Origin: a virus
Lineage: Duplodnaviria; Caudoviricetes
Direction: 5' to 3' (one strand)
Length of the DNA stretch: 64,000 bases
IMG/VR virus record: IMGVR_UViG_3300025154_001556
Shown here: positions 1 to 10,812 of the stretch, one piece after another
Layout of the letters: the number at the start of each line of letters is the position of its first letter
How positions within the stretch are numbered: position 1 is the stretch's first letter
Position numbers and translations under genes: made by a program
The notes under the pieces: generated by a model
Database searches by the model: none
Told to the model about the DNA's origin: nothing
Seen by the model: the letters and a program-made list of their open reading frames with translations, nothing else

Positions 1-2417
1 TACATCCTACTATAAACTTCTATTTCAGTTATTTTAGTACTATTATGGTAATTACACCTTATATTAAAGTCGAAACTATTAATAGGATCAAAACCATGTT
101 CTAGCACGGTCCAATAGGCTGCGTTTGCCGCAAAAAAGTTGTCTGTATCGACCATGTAACCATCGCCATCATGCAATATATCAATAGAACAAGGATTACT
201 AAATAGGTAAGCCTCTATATCTTCATTGTTTGTATAATCATAGTTTATGCCGTCTATTTTTATATAATTATATTTTGGTATTAGTTTGTGTTGTGCATCA
301 ACGTAATCACCGTTGTATCCATATACACCTAAACCAGTATATAAGGCAAAACTTCTAAAATTATCTTCTTCTTTAAAATATATTATAGATTTATGTATTT
401 CACACGATTTATTGGTAGGAAAAACCAAAGTTAATGTTACTGGATCTTCTACAAATTCGTACACATTGGCCATTACCGTAGGACCAAATTCCTCTGGTTG
501 TAACCATTCAGCGTCACCATTAACGTAAAAGTATGAGTGTGTTCCAGCAGTGACTAAACCAGTTGTATCAGTTGTGTATGATTGTCCAGCTATATTATTT
601 TCAGCAATTATTTTTCCATCAGAAAGAGACTCTAACCCATAAGCTATATTAGTGTGCGTAACTGTATAAGAGGTTGTGGCGGTCCATATTGTATGCTTAT
701 GACTACCTCCATGTAAATTTACACGCCAATTTACATCTAAACACATCGCCACATTATATTCAAAGTAGTCTGCTGACTCTTTACCATATATAGTAAATTC
801 TTCAATATTCAACCTATCACCAAAATCAATATCAAGAAGAGTATTTGTTTGATATTTATCACTTCTTGCATATATGGCTAAACCTCCTACACCCATAGAA
901 TATGCAGTACCTGGATTAAAAGTACCTGTCGGCTCTCCATCTAATTGGCTGTATGTGGCATCAGGCTTATTTGTTAAAGATATGCCTATTGAAACATCAG
1001 CATCGTATATAGCTAACAAATCACCTTTGTTTACAAGTATATCACAGTCTATACAATGTGTAAAGCTAATGTTAGAATAAAAATTACCTGTTAATTGTGG
1101 AAATGGTAAAGAGTATATGATGCTAAGTGTTCCATCTAATTTGGGGCGGCAAATTAAAATTTTAGCATTGTCATATCTTGTAGCATATACGTATATATGT
1201 TTTATTTTACCGTTGCTATTAAAAGGATGAGACCAATCTATTATAGTTTTACCTCTATTTACTAATGTGACTCCTTCATCCCCTTGTACATATGCGGTTG
1301 ATGAGGTGTAGCCAATTTCATTATAGTCAGATCTACCTCCTTCTACGTTATATTGTTGTGCATTGTGTGTGTAGCCTATGATATTAGTATTACTATCAAT
1401 CAGACTACCTAATTCTGTGGCAGTTAGCAGGCGACTTGAAGCATAATCAAAACCAGAAGCAAAGTCTGTCCCATCGACACAGGTTGATATGTTAGCGGCG
1501 GAGTCATTAAAAAAACCTAACACCACAGCGGCTTGACTATGAGCTACATAAACACTACTATTAGCACCTGTTGTACCAGAGCGTATTTTTAACTTTCCTT
1601 GATCTACTTCAACAGAGGAGTAGCAATAACCACCAATACTTAAAGAACCTAATTTAGTATTTAATATGTGAGCCATTTCATATATAGTTACATTGGAATT
1701 ATCTCCTAAATGAAATTTAGCTTCACCATAACCATCTATATTTATTAATACAATATCACTACCAGACGTAGTTGTATATTGTTCATACCCTTGCCCAGCC
1801 ACACAATACCCACGTTCTCCGGCACCAGGACATGGATGTGTATAATTTTGGTAATAAGAGCATTGTGTATTAACACATTTAAACTTATCTGATGAGCTTA
1901 TAGTTATATATTTTATAGCAAATTGATCTTTCTCCCAACCGTCTATAAAAGGGTATACACGTAGATTACAAATGTCCCCAACCCAGTATTTGCTGGGGCC
2001 TAAATTTAATACATATAAATGCCATTGATCGTCTACAATGAGATCAAACTCAAACTCTTTATTGCTGTCCCAAATGTCATCGGTTAATGTTATCCAACGT
2101 AATTTACCTTTTGTTAAACCTTGATTACGTTTATCTTTATTATTATTAGTAATTTTCAACATTATTTTTACATAATAATAATCTTCTGCTGTAATAGGTA
2201 GCATGTTATCTGTTCTACCAATATAACAGGATCTATCGGCAGCGGTACCAAACAGGACATTATGCCAGCAACCGTAAAAGTACACATTATAATAAACGTC
2301 CCATCCACCTACGTTACCGTTAGTAGAAAAGTCGGTAATATACGCGTTAGAATTATCGTATACACAACTTAAATCATTGCTTATTTTATGGGCAGTATTT
2401 AAAAAATTATAGGCCAT
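1..2417 (-). CDS. Large putative tail/appendage protein with N-terminal CBM-like domain (>805 aa, runs off the left edge)
   Basis: Not in the ORF track. I translated it by hand: ATG at 2417, overlapping the upstream stop (ATGGCCTATAA), open to position 3. Starts MAYNFLNTAHK. Contains WITLTDDIWD...FDLIVDDQWHLYVLNL...WVGDICNLRVYP (galactose-binding/CBM-like pattern) and a domain shared with the 326-aa and 517-aa ORFs. Confidence 0.8.
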   Translation of the reverse strand, partial: MAYNFLNTAHKISNDLSCVYDNSNAYITDFSTNGNVGGWDVYYNVYFYGCWHNVLFGTAADRSCYIGRTDNMLPITAEDYYYVKIMLKITNNNKDKRNQGLTKGKLRWITLTDDIWDSNKEFEFDLIVDDQWHLYVLNLGPSKYWVGDICNLRVYPFIDGWEKDQFAIKYITISSSDKFKCVNTQCSYYQNYTHPCPGAGERGYCVAGQGYEQYTTTSGSDIVLINIDGYGEAKFHLGDNSNVTIYEMAHILNTKLGSLSIGGYCYSSVEVDQGKLKIRSGTTGANSSVYVAHSQAAVVLGFFNDSAANISTCVDGTDFASGFDYASSRLLTATELGSLIDSNTNIIGYTHNAQQYNVEGGRSDYNEIGYTSSTAYVQGDEGVTLVNRGKTIIDWSHPFNSNGKIKHIYVYATRYDNAKILICRPKLDGTLSIIYSLPFPQLTGNFYSNISFTHCIDCDILVNKGDLLAIYDADVSIGISLTNKPDATYSQLDGEPTGTFNPGTAYSMGVGGLAIYARSDKYQTNTLLDIDFGDRLNIEEFTIYGKESADYFEYNVAMCLDVNWRVNLHGGSHKHTIWTATTSYTVTHTNIAYGLESLSDGKIIAENNIAGQSYTTDTTGLVTAGTHSYFYVNGDAEWLQPEEFGPTVMANVYEFVEDPVTLTLVFPTNKSCEIHKSIIYFKEEDNFRSFALYTGLGVYGYNGDYVDAQHKLIPKYNYIKIDGINYDYTNNEDIEAYLFSNPCSIDILHDGDGYMVDTDNFFAANAAYWTVLEHGFDPINSFDFNIRCNYHNSTKITEIEVYSRM

Positions 2418-2814
2418 TTTTATCCAACTTTTGTTTTCTTAATTCACATCTTGTTACTATATCTAAAAAGCAGTTACCTAAATTATCATAACCAGGGCAT
2501 TGACCACAGAATGTTAAACCGTTGTCTGGGTCTATTATATACGGGTCCAAACTTCTAAAAGATATACGTCTCTTTAAATGCATTATTTCCTCAGCCAACT
2601 GTTTTCTAATTTGCGATTCCCAATCTTTATATGTCAAATTAAATAATTTTTCACAATTTATGCATCTATATACTAACTCAGAATTTATTGTTTCTTCGAT
2701 TAGTACCCCTGTATTGGTGTACATAACTTTATCAGAAGTCCACAAGTGTTCTCTGGATAATTCCATATCCACTATTAGCAAACCTTTACATTCTGTACAT
2801 TTTATATCATACAT
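2407..2814 (-). CDS. Small Cys-rich putative metal-binding protein
   Basis: CTEC, CINC and CGQC-x8-C-x7-C; tightly packed in the operon. Confidence 0.7.
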   Translation of the reverse strand: MYDIKCTECKGLLIVDMELSREHLWTSDKVMYTNTGVLIEETINSELVYRCINCEKLFNLTYKDWESQIRKQLAEEIMHLKRRISFRSLDPYIIDPDNGLTFCGQCPGYDNLGNCFLDIVTRCELRKQKLDKNGL

Positions 2815-2836
2815 AAATAAACCACCTTTATTTTAA

Positions 2837-5800
2837 TTATGGAACATATTGAGATGTTTTTGAATCCTCATCCACGGTAGAGGCTGTACCTACTGTATAT
2901 TCAACTACTAATGGGTTCCAAATACCGCCAGATAATGCGCTAAATACAGCTGACCAAGCGCCATATTCAAATCTATTTATTGCTGCGTTGTATTGTGATT
3001 CTATCCAGTCATAGCCACCAAAACTTTCATATGTACATGGATTTATATATTGCCATGAAAATAAATCTGGAACAGTGATTCTACCAAAAGCACTACCGGT
3101 AGAACAATTATATGCTATTCTTGGCGTTGTTACAAATGCATTCCACTCATGCCCACAAGGGCTATACGTGTTTTTTGCTAAAACGGAAGTTAGTTCATAA
3201 TTTAAAGTATTATCAAAACTACAAGTCCATACTGGAAATTTTAAGTTTAATACGTCCAATATACTTTTTAGTCCTGGCGGACATATAGATGAGGCCGAAA
3301 AACTTTCAGAACCTTTACGCATAGCTGTATCAAATATATTTTTTTGCTCTTTTTCAAAAGCATAGACACTGTTACCTGGCACTCTGGTCCTATCAGCAAC
3401 ACACTTATCTAAAAATCTACCAGACGTTTTATGCATTGTTACAAATTCTTGTTCGCTATTAGGTACACCTAAAATACCAAAAACTGTGTCTGTTTGCATT
3501 GGAGTGGACATCTCCTCTATGGGAGGATGTACTACACTACCTGTGGAGTTATTACCATACGTTGGGAAATCAGCATGATCCCCATAAGAAACATAATATT
3601 TACGTTCACTTGTTTTAAAATCTTCTGTTGCAGTTATAAAACTTGTATCATATAAAGTTATTGATTTTATATTAATTCTATGATTATATAAATCATAATA
3701 ATCACCTAAACCAGAGGAAATTAACTCCTCTTCTGTTATATTAAAATCAAACTCTAATTTTAAATTTTTATAGAATCTACGCATATCCTCAATAGAATAT
3801 GATATTTCATAGGATAAAGTTTTTACACCTACTACATCAGAGCTCTCTGTGGTTATTTGTCTATTTTCTTGATATATTTGTATAAAACCACTTTCGTCAC
3901 TTTTGTATACTGTTATTTTAGGTATATGGTAAAATGTATCAAGATCCTCTTCTTCTTCGGCCACTTCTATGCCAAATTTATATGTTATCTCTATTCTTGT
4001 TATAAACCTATTTTTATAAATAGACTTATTGGCTGGAATGAAATCAATATCTATAATTGAGGCATTAAGGATGTTTGGGTTATATAACAAGTCCGGGGCT
4101 ATTTGAGCGGGGTAATATTCGCCCACCTCCACAGAGTCATAGGGAGGTAATAAAGACGGTGCATTAAACGCCCAATTATAAGCACCAGCTTCCAATGCCT
4201 GTGTAAATTTTGGTAAATAATAAAACATAGAACTAATTAACGATATAGATAAACCCCTATTATAGTAGTATGCTACAAAGTCACCATAAGAATCAAGTAG
4301 AGAATATGTTCTATCATCAGCTACCGCGGCATTTTTTAATGCCTCCTCATCTGTGGATACATAAGTGGTGGAATCAAATAATGTTGCTGTTGTAACCCAC
4401 GGGGTTTCTAAACATATTTTATATAGATCTAATGAATCTTTTATATATGTTGAGTCATAACCTACAAATTCAATTGTATCAAAAAATATCCATGTTGTTG
4501 GAAGGTCTTCTATTAGATTACCATCTATATCAAACACTCTTGGCGGACCATTATCCAACTGTATAAGGAAATAATTGTCTGCAGGATCAGATTCATCTTT
4601 ATTTTTGGATGGTACTATTGTTATGTAATGATTACCCTCAGAACACACTATCTGGTGTTCTATTTTTTTATAATCAAATATATAATCAGGATGCTCTATA
4701 TTAATAAACACATGTCTACCATGGCCACTTTCATATGGCAATGAGTAATTAATATTTAAGTCCTCTACGCTTAGTATGTCGTCTCGTAAAGTTTCAGATC
4801 TATCTACCTCAGCCCATTTTTCTTGCCATACCCACTGAATAGATTTAGTTTCATCCATAGGGTAGTCGTAATAAGTATACCAAGAACATACTGGGTCCAG
4901 ATTTTCAGTAACAAAAAACTGGGGCCTTGGTTTTGGGTATACAGCATTAGGGCTGGCATTTGCTCTAAATATAGTACTAAATTTAAATCTGTTTGTATCA
5001 TCGACAGTTTCTGATATCTCCACATCATCAATTGAACTCATTTTAAGTAAACCAAGTTGATGTATAAAAGGAGACGCATAATCATCAGTTATCAAATCAA
5101 TATTATAGTAATCGGCAGGCAATGATATGTCAGATATGGTATAATGTAGTGCTATTGGCATCCAACGTTTTGCTCCTACGGATGCGCCGGTGGATGTATC
5201 ATAGTAAGTAACACAATCCATAGTACGATAAGAGTTTAATTGTCCACGAACAACGTCCCCAAATTTTGGAGGAGAGCCTCCATTTCTTAAACAAAATTCG
5301 AGTGCTACATCATCAAGCCCACCTCTATAATAACTTTGACCGTTAAATATATTTTCTGATGTTTTTTTACCATTATAGTAAAAAAAGTCGCAAGTACAAT
5401 TCCATAATTGTGCGTGTGACTCCTCAAAACCATAAGACTCTACTGGCCCTAGCATGCGCATGTCATGTGATCCATGATTTGATTCTTCATCTGTAAATAC
5501 TTCCATAATATTTCTATCAGAGATATGGGCGCTGGATACTTCTGTGTAGCTCATAGTTTCGTCGCAAGCACTATAAGGGTACCACATAAAACTTGCTCTC
5601 GCATATGTTGGAAGGTCGTGATCACCGCAGGGAGGTGCTACCCCACCCATAATACCGGTTTCTAATATTGTTGAGTATCTTTTACCGTAGCACAGCCCTA
5701 TTGGATGTAACGTATAGGTCGTGTAGCTAGCTTTCCAACTATACATAATTTCAACATCCTGACAATAGGGTTGTTTAACCCACATGATTGGTTTTGTTCT

Positions 5801-8215
5801 GGTTGCCCCTTTAACCCTACCTCCTGTGCTCTTATAGGCAGCAGATATTAGTATGCTGGTAGCATCGAATTTACTTAATTCATATTCTATGGATTCACCA
5901 TCATTCATATTTGCTATATTTAATTCTAAGGGGTCAGTTAATGCCCCGGCTGTTATTTTTTCAAAAGATCCTTCGGGTGTTTCATTAAAACTTCTCTTTT
6001 GATAATAACATAGTTTTGGTATATTAAGTTGAAACGAACAAGGTCTTATAAAATCAAAGACCTCTTTTGGCTTAATAAAAAACTGATTAACTTCAAGGGC
6101 GTCATTACACCAATCCATTATCTCCATAGAAACAGCTTTATGTTTGCCATCAACGTCTATAACATCTAACGTTAACTTACCTTCTATTTCAAAAGGGCTA
6201 TGGATATAATTTAAATTGGGGTCTGTATCGGGCAGTATCACCAGTGCTTTACCGCTGTTACCAAAAAACTTTATATTTTCTTCGGTCAGTGTTAGATCTG
6301 CAAATGCGGTTACTTTGTATAGTATAAAACTTGTAATATCATCACTATTGGTATCATTATAGATGTAGGCCACATCACCATGAACTTTATCTTTTCTTAA
6401 ACTGAGAAATTTAAATTTAATGATACCATTGTCGTTAATGTTGGAGGCAAAACGGCTTTCATAGTTTGGTAGTTTAGCAACAGTACCACCGTCACCTTCT
6501 ATGTAAAAGGCTGTTTGAGCTATAATGCCACCACAGTATTCTTTTTTAAAGTCTACTGTATCAAATTCCCAAGAATCTTCTGTTTTTACCATTACCAGTA
6601 TTTTATTATCACCAAAAAAAGTTTTCGTTCTAATATAAAAAGAGTTTTCATTTTTTGGTAATTCATTACCGGCAATGCTGTCTGGCATAAATGTAATAAG
6701 ATTATCAACAATTAGATTTAGTTGCTTTTTCCAAGCATCATATGAGTCAGCACTTTTAGCCTTAGAGATAGCGTAACTACTGACATATTCAAGCAATCCT
6801 ACCTTTACTGTTGACGGTAATCGTTTATTTATATCCGGATCACTTAAATTTATAGCATAGATATCTGCATTATACGAAAAGGAGTCGCCCCAAATAATCA
6901 AATACTCATGGTTAAGATCTCCTACCTCGAATACATTATGCTTATTTACTATGGGTGAGGTGTCTTCGTCCCCCTCTGATATTGTTTCTGTAACTTGATC
7001 AAAAACATTTCTTATTATAGGTCTAAGATTGGGCTCTTTGATTTCTTTTATTAAAGTAGGAAAACTTGTTTCTTGTGTTTCAGTAGGTATTCCATCAGTT
7101 AATGTAGTACTATCATAAGACACATCAAAGTAATCAAAATGACTAAAATAATTCCTAGCAGCATGAATTAAGGCTGAGGTAGAGTATACTTTTGGATTAA
7201 TAAATAATGTGTATGTGCCCAACCAAGCATATAAGTCTGGATTATCAAAAGATAGATAGTATATAGGTTGTTTAATAGTAGCACCTAAGGAATTGGTGGT
7301 TACTACTAAGTCTGCCCAACGTTCTCTTCTTATATAGTATCTAAGCTCTAATAATTGCTCTGCTAATACTTTATCCCCTTCACCCATTTTATCATCAATA
7401 CAGTACCTCCAACAAACTCCTGTATAATGAGGACACTCTGGTTTAGCACCATTACATGGAGCAATGTAGCCATAGGAATCATCGTATTTGTATTCCCAAA
7501 ACTCTTTTACGTTATCGTCTGAACAAGTGCAATACGTAGTTATTTCATTGGCTTCCCCGTTTACGGTATTAATAGAAAAATTCTCTGAAGCTGCTGCCCA
7601 CCAATAACACTTACTTAGTTTTGCTCTAACATTAAACACTAAATAAGGCAACGGTATTCTGTAACCTAACTGCTGTTTGGTATAACATCCTTCTAAGGCA
7701 TATGGAGTAGTGTCCTCAGAACCAAATTCTTTTGGTTTAAGTTTACCGAAGGCCATAATAAATGGGGCGTAACCAGAACAGGTTGTGGCTGTCCCGTAAC
7801 CATCACATTGCCCATCATTATATTCATTGATTGCTTTAAATGACCAATAACCGCTAACGCCAGATATTGTTATTGGATTTAGCTCAGAATCGTACAAATA
7901 GACTGGTTTGTCTATATCTGCTATACCAGAACCGCTAGCTACAGTATGCACCCATTTTTCGCATGTAACTTTGTTAGTGACATGTCTCGAAGGATCAGGT
8001 AAGACACATCTGGCTGATGATGCTTCACCAGGCTCATATTGTTTACAAATATAATCCGCGGTGCCAAGAAGATTACAATAAGGAGCCATGGTGGCTCTTA
8101 CAAGAGTCCCTTGATCATTCGTAGCTTTGTATAAACATATGGTTTTGCTATTATCCCAATGTGCACATATAGCGGGTTCAATAGTTGACCAATATTGGCA
8201 TGGATTTTTAGCCAT
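2837..8215 (-). CDS. 1792-aa virion/tail-associated protein with Cys-rich N-terminus
   Basis: Long ORF in the tail module; repeated C-x-G-x-C-x2-Y motifs in the first ~280 aa; remainder acidic and Tyr/beta-rich. Confidence 0.65.
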   Translation of the reverse strand: MAKNPCQYWSTIEPAICAHWDNSKTICLYKATNDQGTLVRATMAPYCNLLGTADYICKQYEPGEASSARCVLPDPSRHVTNKVTCEKWVHTVASGSGIADIDKPVYLYDSELNPITISGVSGYWSFKAINEYNDGQCDGYGTATTCSGYAPFIMAFGKLKPKEFGSEDTTPYALEGCYTKQQLGYRIPLPYLVFNVRAKLSKCYWWAAASENFSINTVNGEANEITTYCTCSDDNVKEFWEYKYDDSYGYIAPCNGAKPECPHYTGVCWRYCIDDKMGEGDKVLAEQLLELRYYIRRERWADLVVTTNSLGATIKQPIYYLSFDNPDLYAWLGTYTLFINPKVYSTSALIHAARNYFSHFDYFDVSYDSTTLTDGIPTETQETSFPTLIKEIKEPNLRPIIRNVFDQVTETISEGDEDTSPIVNKHNVFEVGDLNHEYLIIWGDSFSYNADIYAINLSDPDINKRLPSTVKVGLLEYVSSYAISKAKSADSYDAWKKQLNLIVDNLITFMPDSIAGNELPKNENSFYIRTKTFFGDNKILVMVKTEDSWEFDTVDFKKEYCGGIIAQTAFYIEGDGGTVAKLPNYESRFASNINDNGIIKFKFLSLRKDKVHGDVAYIYNDTNSDDITSFILYKVTAFADLTLTEENIKFFGNSGKALVILPDTDPNLNYIHSPFEIEGKLTLDVIDVDGKHKAVSMEIMDWCNDALEVNQFFIKPKEVFDFIRPCSFQLNIPKLCYYQKRSFNETPEGSFEKITAGALTDPLELNIANMNDGESIEYELSKFDATSILISAAYKSTGGRVKGATRTKPIMWVKQPYCQDVEIMYSWKASYTTYTLHPIGLCYGKRYSTILETGIMGGVAPPCGDHDLPTYARASFMWYPYSACDETMSYTEVSSAHISDRNIMEVFTDEESNHGSHDMRMLGPVESYGFEESHAQLWNCTCDFFYYNGKKTSENIFNGQSYYRGGLDDVALEFCLRNGGSPPKFGDVVRGQLNSYRTMDCVTYYDTSTGASVGAKRWMPIALHYTISDISLPADYYNIDLITDDYASPFIHQLGLLKMSSIDDVEISETVDDTNRFKFSTIFRANASPNAVYPKPRPQFFVTENLDPVCSWYTYYDYPMDETKSIQWVWQEKWAEVDRSETLRDDILSVEDLNINYSLPYESGHGRHVFINIEHPDYIFDYKKIEHQIVCSEGNHYITIVPSKNKDESDPADNYFLIQLDNGPPRVFDIDGNLIEDLPTTWIFFDTIEFVGYDSTYIKDSLDLYKICLETPWVTTATLFDSTTYVSTDEEALKNAAVADDRTYSLLDSYGDFVAYYYNRGLSISLISSMFYYLPKFTQALEAGAYNWAFNAPSLLPPYDSVEVGEYYPAQIAPDLLYNPNILNASIIDIDFIPANKSIYKNRFITRIEITYKFGIEVAEEEEDLDTFYHIPKITVYKSDESGFIQIYQENRQITTESSDVVGVKTLSYEISYSIEDMRRFYKNLKLEFDFNITEEELISSGLGDYYDLYNHRINIKSITLYDTSFITATEDFKTSERKYYVSYGDHADFPTYGNNSTGSVVHPPIEEMSTPMQTDTVFGILGVPNSEQEFVTMHKTSGRFLDKCVADRTRVPGNSVYAFEKEQKNIFDTAMRKGSESFSASSICPPGLKSILDVLNLKFPVWTCSFDNTLNYELTSVLAKNTYSPCGHEWNAFVTTPRIAYNCSTGSAFGRITVPDLFSWQYINPCTYESFGGYDWIESQYNAAINRFEYGAWSAVFSALSGGIWNPLVVEYTVGTASTVDEDSKTSQYVP

Positions 8216-8516
8216 TTACGACCTTTACATTAAATTTACCAGTAAACTCATCAATAGTATAATGTACTTTTGTAGCGCCCTCATAAAAACCTATTGTACG
8301 CTGCTCCACTTGAAAAGAGGCTTGATTACCAGGTACCATAGACGCACGAGTATTGATAAAGTAGGCTTCTTTATTTTCTAAGTGCCAACTTCTTCCATCA
8401 TAATGTAAGGATAGACATTTTATCTGTGTTTTTGGTATAGAAGCCCAAGAAGATTGCTTTTCATTTATAGTAGTACCATCTTGTAGTTCTACTTCCCAAC
8501 CTCTTCTAATTGACAT
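8208..8516 (-). CDS. Hypothetical protein (102 aa)
   Basis: AGGA-type RBS upstream; overlaps the start of the 1792-aa gene. Confidence 0.65.
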   Translation of the reverse strand: MSIRRGWEVELQDGTTINEKQSSWASIPKTQIKCLSLHYDGRSWHLENKEAYFINTRASMVPGNQASFQVEQRTIGFYEGATKVHYTIDEFTGKFNVKVVNG

Positions 8517-8542
8517 GATTGGTTCCTTTTCCTTTTAATAAT

Positions 8543-8573
8543 AAAACAAGGTAAGATACGTTAGTATCTTACC
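8543..8573 (-). terminator. Intrinsic terminator after the 517-aa gene
   Basis: Perfect 10-bp stem GGTAAGATAC-TAAC-GTATCTTACC followed by TTGTTTT on the minus strand. Confidence 0.75.
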
Positions 8574-8592
8574 ATTAACCTTCAAGCCTTAT

Positions 8593-10146
8593 TTAACTAA
8601 AATCAAAAAAAGTTCTTTGATTAATAGTAGAATTCGCCCCTGTCTCACTTGCGCCTAAACGTATGTTAACAAATATTGGGTCGCTTGTCAAGCCAATATT
8701 TCCTACACTCTCACTATCATCTGCTGTGGCTACAACCAACATATTAGCTACAGTGTGATATAAGTACGCAGGAGGCGTGTTGCTGTCTATATCAGCGGCG
8801 GTTATACCTGGATACCATTCTATACCATTTTCTGGGGCTATACCGGCGTTACTGCCTGGGCCTACGGTGCCAAATCTAAAATAGGTATCATTGTTACCCG
8901 CTTCATGGTGAGAAAAACTACCGTGGCTCTGTAACCCAAATTTTATAGAGCTTGACTGCACGGCGCCGGAAACAATTTCAAACATGACACATTTGACTGG
9001 ACTCTCGGTAGACACAGTGACATTTCCATAATTAAGACTGGTTATATCATAGGACTTTGGTTTAGGACCTGAACATAAAATAGTGAACTCATCGCGTATT
9101 CCTAGGTAATCAGTAGGCCCTGTGGGCTCAAATTTAATATATAAGCCTCTTGTACCTAATCGTGCCCAATTACCCTCTGCTGGGGTCGGGGCGGCTGCCC
9201 CCATGTCCCCTCTTGTGGATGAGTAAGCAAACATAGCAGAACCTGCTGGGTCTGTAACATTAGTGCCACTAGTATAGTCAGGTTTATAGCAAGGTACTGT
9301 CCAATAGCCTGCTGAGAAAACAGCATCTGTAAACTTAATCATAAGCCCACGGGTGCCTATCTTATACCAATGATTTGCATATAAAAGCTCTGTGGCTACG
9401 GTGGAATTGTCTGCGGAAGGAGATGCTGACCAAGTCATCATAGGTACATTACCCGTCCCACCACCCATAGTTGTGCCATTAGTTATGTCTATTGTTATAG
9501 TGTATGTTGTATCGGCACTATAATTATACACACCACCGGTAGTCATAATACCCCCGTAGGTAATAACTTTTGAGGCTGTACCTATTCCTCTTGCAGCATC
9601 ATTATCATTAGTTATGACTACTTTGTACGTTTCATCAAAGAAACCTTTATACGTTCCGGAGATTGTTACTGTTCCAGCGAAGTTGTTGGTTGTGGCTAAA
9701 CCACCCACTTCACTTCTAGTACTAAACCCTAATGTGGCATGCACTGTGTTTGTACCACTTATAACAGCGACAGTTGATGCTACTCCCATAGTACCAGAGT
9801 AAATTTGAAAACAATTACCTTGTCCAGCTGTATTAGTCCATTCACAGACAGCTTTGTCCCAACGTTCGTCACTTTTACCTAGATCATGCATTTTCTCTGT
9901 AATATCCCTGGCCACAAATCTAGGGTCAAGGCTTGTTCCAGAATAAAGGGTTATGTATGGTGCAGGGTCACCATCCATAGATAAGTAAAGCCTATTATTA
10001 GCGGGCCCTATGGTAAATGTGTCTCCTACAGCAGCTGTAGCAGTAGATGAGGCACGGGTGCCTTTACAGCCGGCTCCTCTACCGTCACCATAATCTCCTG
10101 CTGTGGACGGATCTAGTTCTACCCATCTAGTTATTGCAGCACACAT
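8593..10146 (-). CDS. Gly/Thr-rich structural protein (517 aa), probable tail appendage/decoration
   Basis: Strong AAGGAGG RBS and own terminator; beta-rich; shares a ~100-aa domain with 18890..19870 and 1..2417. Confidence 0.6.
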   Translation of the reverse strand: MCAAITRWVELDPSTAGDYGDGRGAGCKGTRASSTATAAVGDTFTIGPANNRLYLSMDGDPAPYITLYSGTSLDPRFVARDITEKMHDLGKSDERWDKAVCEWTNTAGQGNCFQIYSGTMGVASTVAVISGTNTVHATLGFSTRSEVGGLATTNNFAGTVTISGTYKGFFDETYKVVITNDNDAARGIGTASKVITYGGIMTTGGVYNYSADTTYTITIDITNGTTMGGGTGNVPMMTWSASPSADNSTVATELLYANHWYKIGTRGLMIKFTDAVFSAGYWTVPCYKPDYTSGTNVTDPAGSAMFAYSSTRGDMGAAAPTPAEGNWARLGTRGLYIKFEPTGPTDYLGIRDEFTILCSGPKPKSYDITSLNYGNVTVSTESPVKCVMFEIVSGAVQSSSIKFGLQSHGSFSHHEAGNNDTYFRFGTVGPGSNAGIAPENGIEWYPGITAADIDSNTPPAYLYHTVANMLVVATADDSESVGNIGLTSDPIFVNIRLGASETGANSTINQRTFFDFS

Positions 10147-10173
10147 ATTAATTCCTCCTTAAATATTAACATA

Positions 10174-10788
10174 TTAATTACTGATTATCGTAAAATACCA
10201 ACTAAATGCAGGCAATTGATTGCCGTTATAATCCTTTATACCACTAACTGTTACGGTATATGTATGCCCATAAAAGTATTGCATTGTTTGCGGTTTTATC
10301 TCAGCACCAAGATTTGCCCAGCCTGTCGGAACTATACTGGAAGCCAAGTCGTAGTGGTCGTATTCTTTTGTTGTAAAGTAAGTTGTGACTCTTTCTGAAT
10401 TTGGACATATAGCGGTGTTTGTTGCTGCTGCCGATATTAATATCTCCTTGTCTGCGCCCCAATCTTTATTAGGATCTTTATATAAAATATGATACCCAAA
10501 CAAAAAGGAATAATTCTCCTCCAAAGCTTCAGCGTCATAGTTTGATATATGTAATGTTAAATCTACGGCACCACTTACACTTAGAGGGAATGTTTCTATT
10601 ATATAGTAACCAGCACCCAGACCTGATACACTAGTAGGCAAAATAACATCATTAAATATATAATAAGTATTTAATGGGTTTATGCCTGATGTTGTAGTAT
10701 CGTAAACAGTAGACGAAAATGCTATGGGGTCTTCTATATATACCCAATCATTAAGACTTATTGCAAAATCCATTATTGTTATAGCCAT
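10174..10788 (-). CDS. Ig-like (Big_5/SbsA-type) structural protein
   Basis: C-terminal YGHTYTVTVSGIKDYNGNQL is typical of Big_5-like Ig domains. Confidence 0.55.
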   Translation of the reverse strand: MAITIMDFAISLNDWVYIEDPIAFSSTVYDTTTSGINPLNTYYIFNDVILPTSVSGLGAGYYIIETFPLSVSGAVDLTLHISNYDAEALEENYSFLFGYHILYKDPNKDWGADKEILISAAATNTAICPNSERVTTYFTTKEYDHYDLASSIVPTGWANLGAEIKPQTMQYFYGHTYTVTVSGIKDYNGNQLPAFSWYFTIISN

Positions 10789-10812
10789 CTAATCCCTCTA
10801 TTATTTAGATAG

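Noticed and set aside
8593-10146. 517-aa protein as tail sheath
   Set aside because: No recognisable sheath C-terminal motifs and wrong position (far from the tube gene); only a shared accessory domain.
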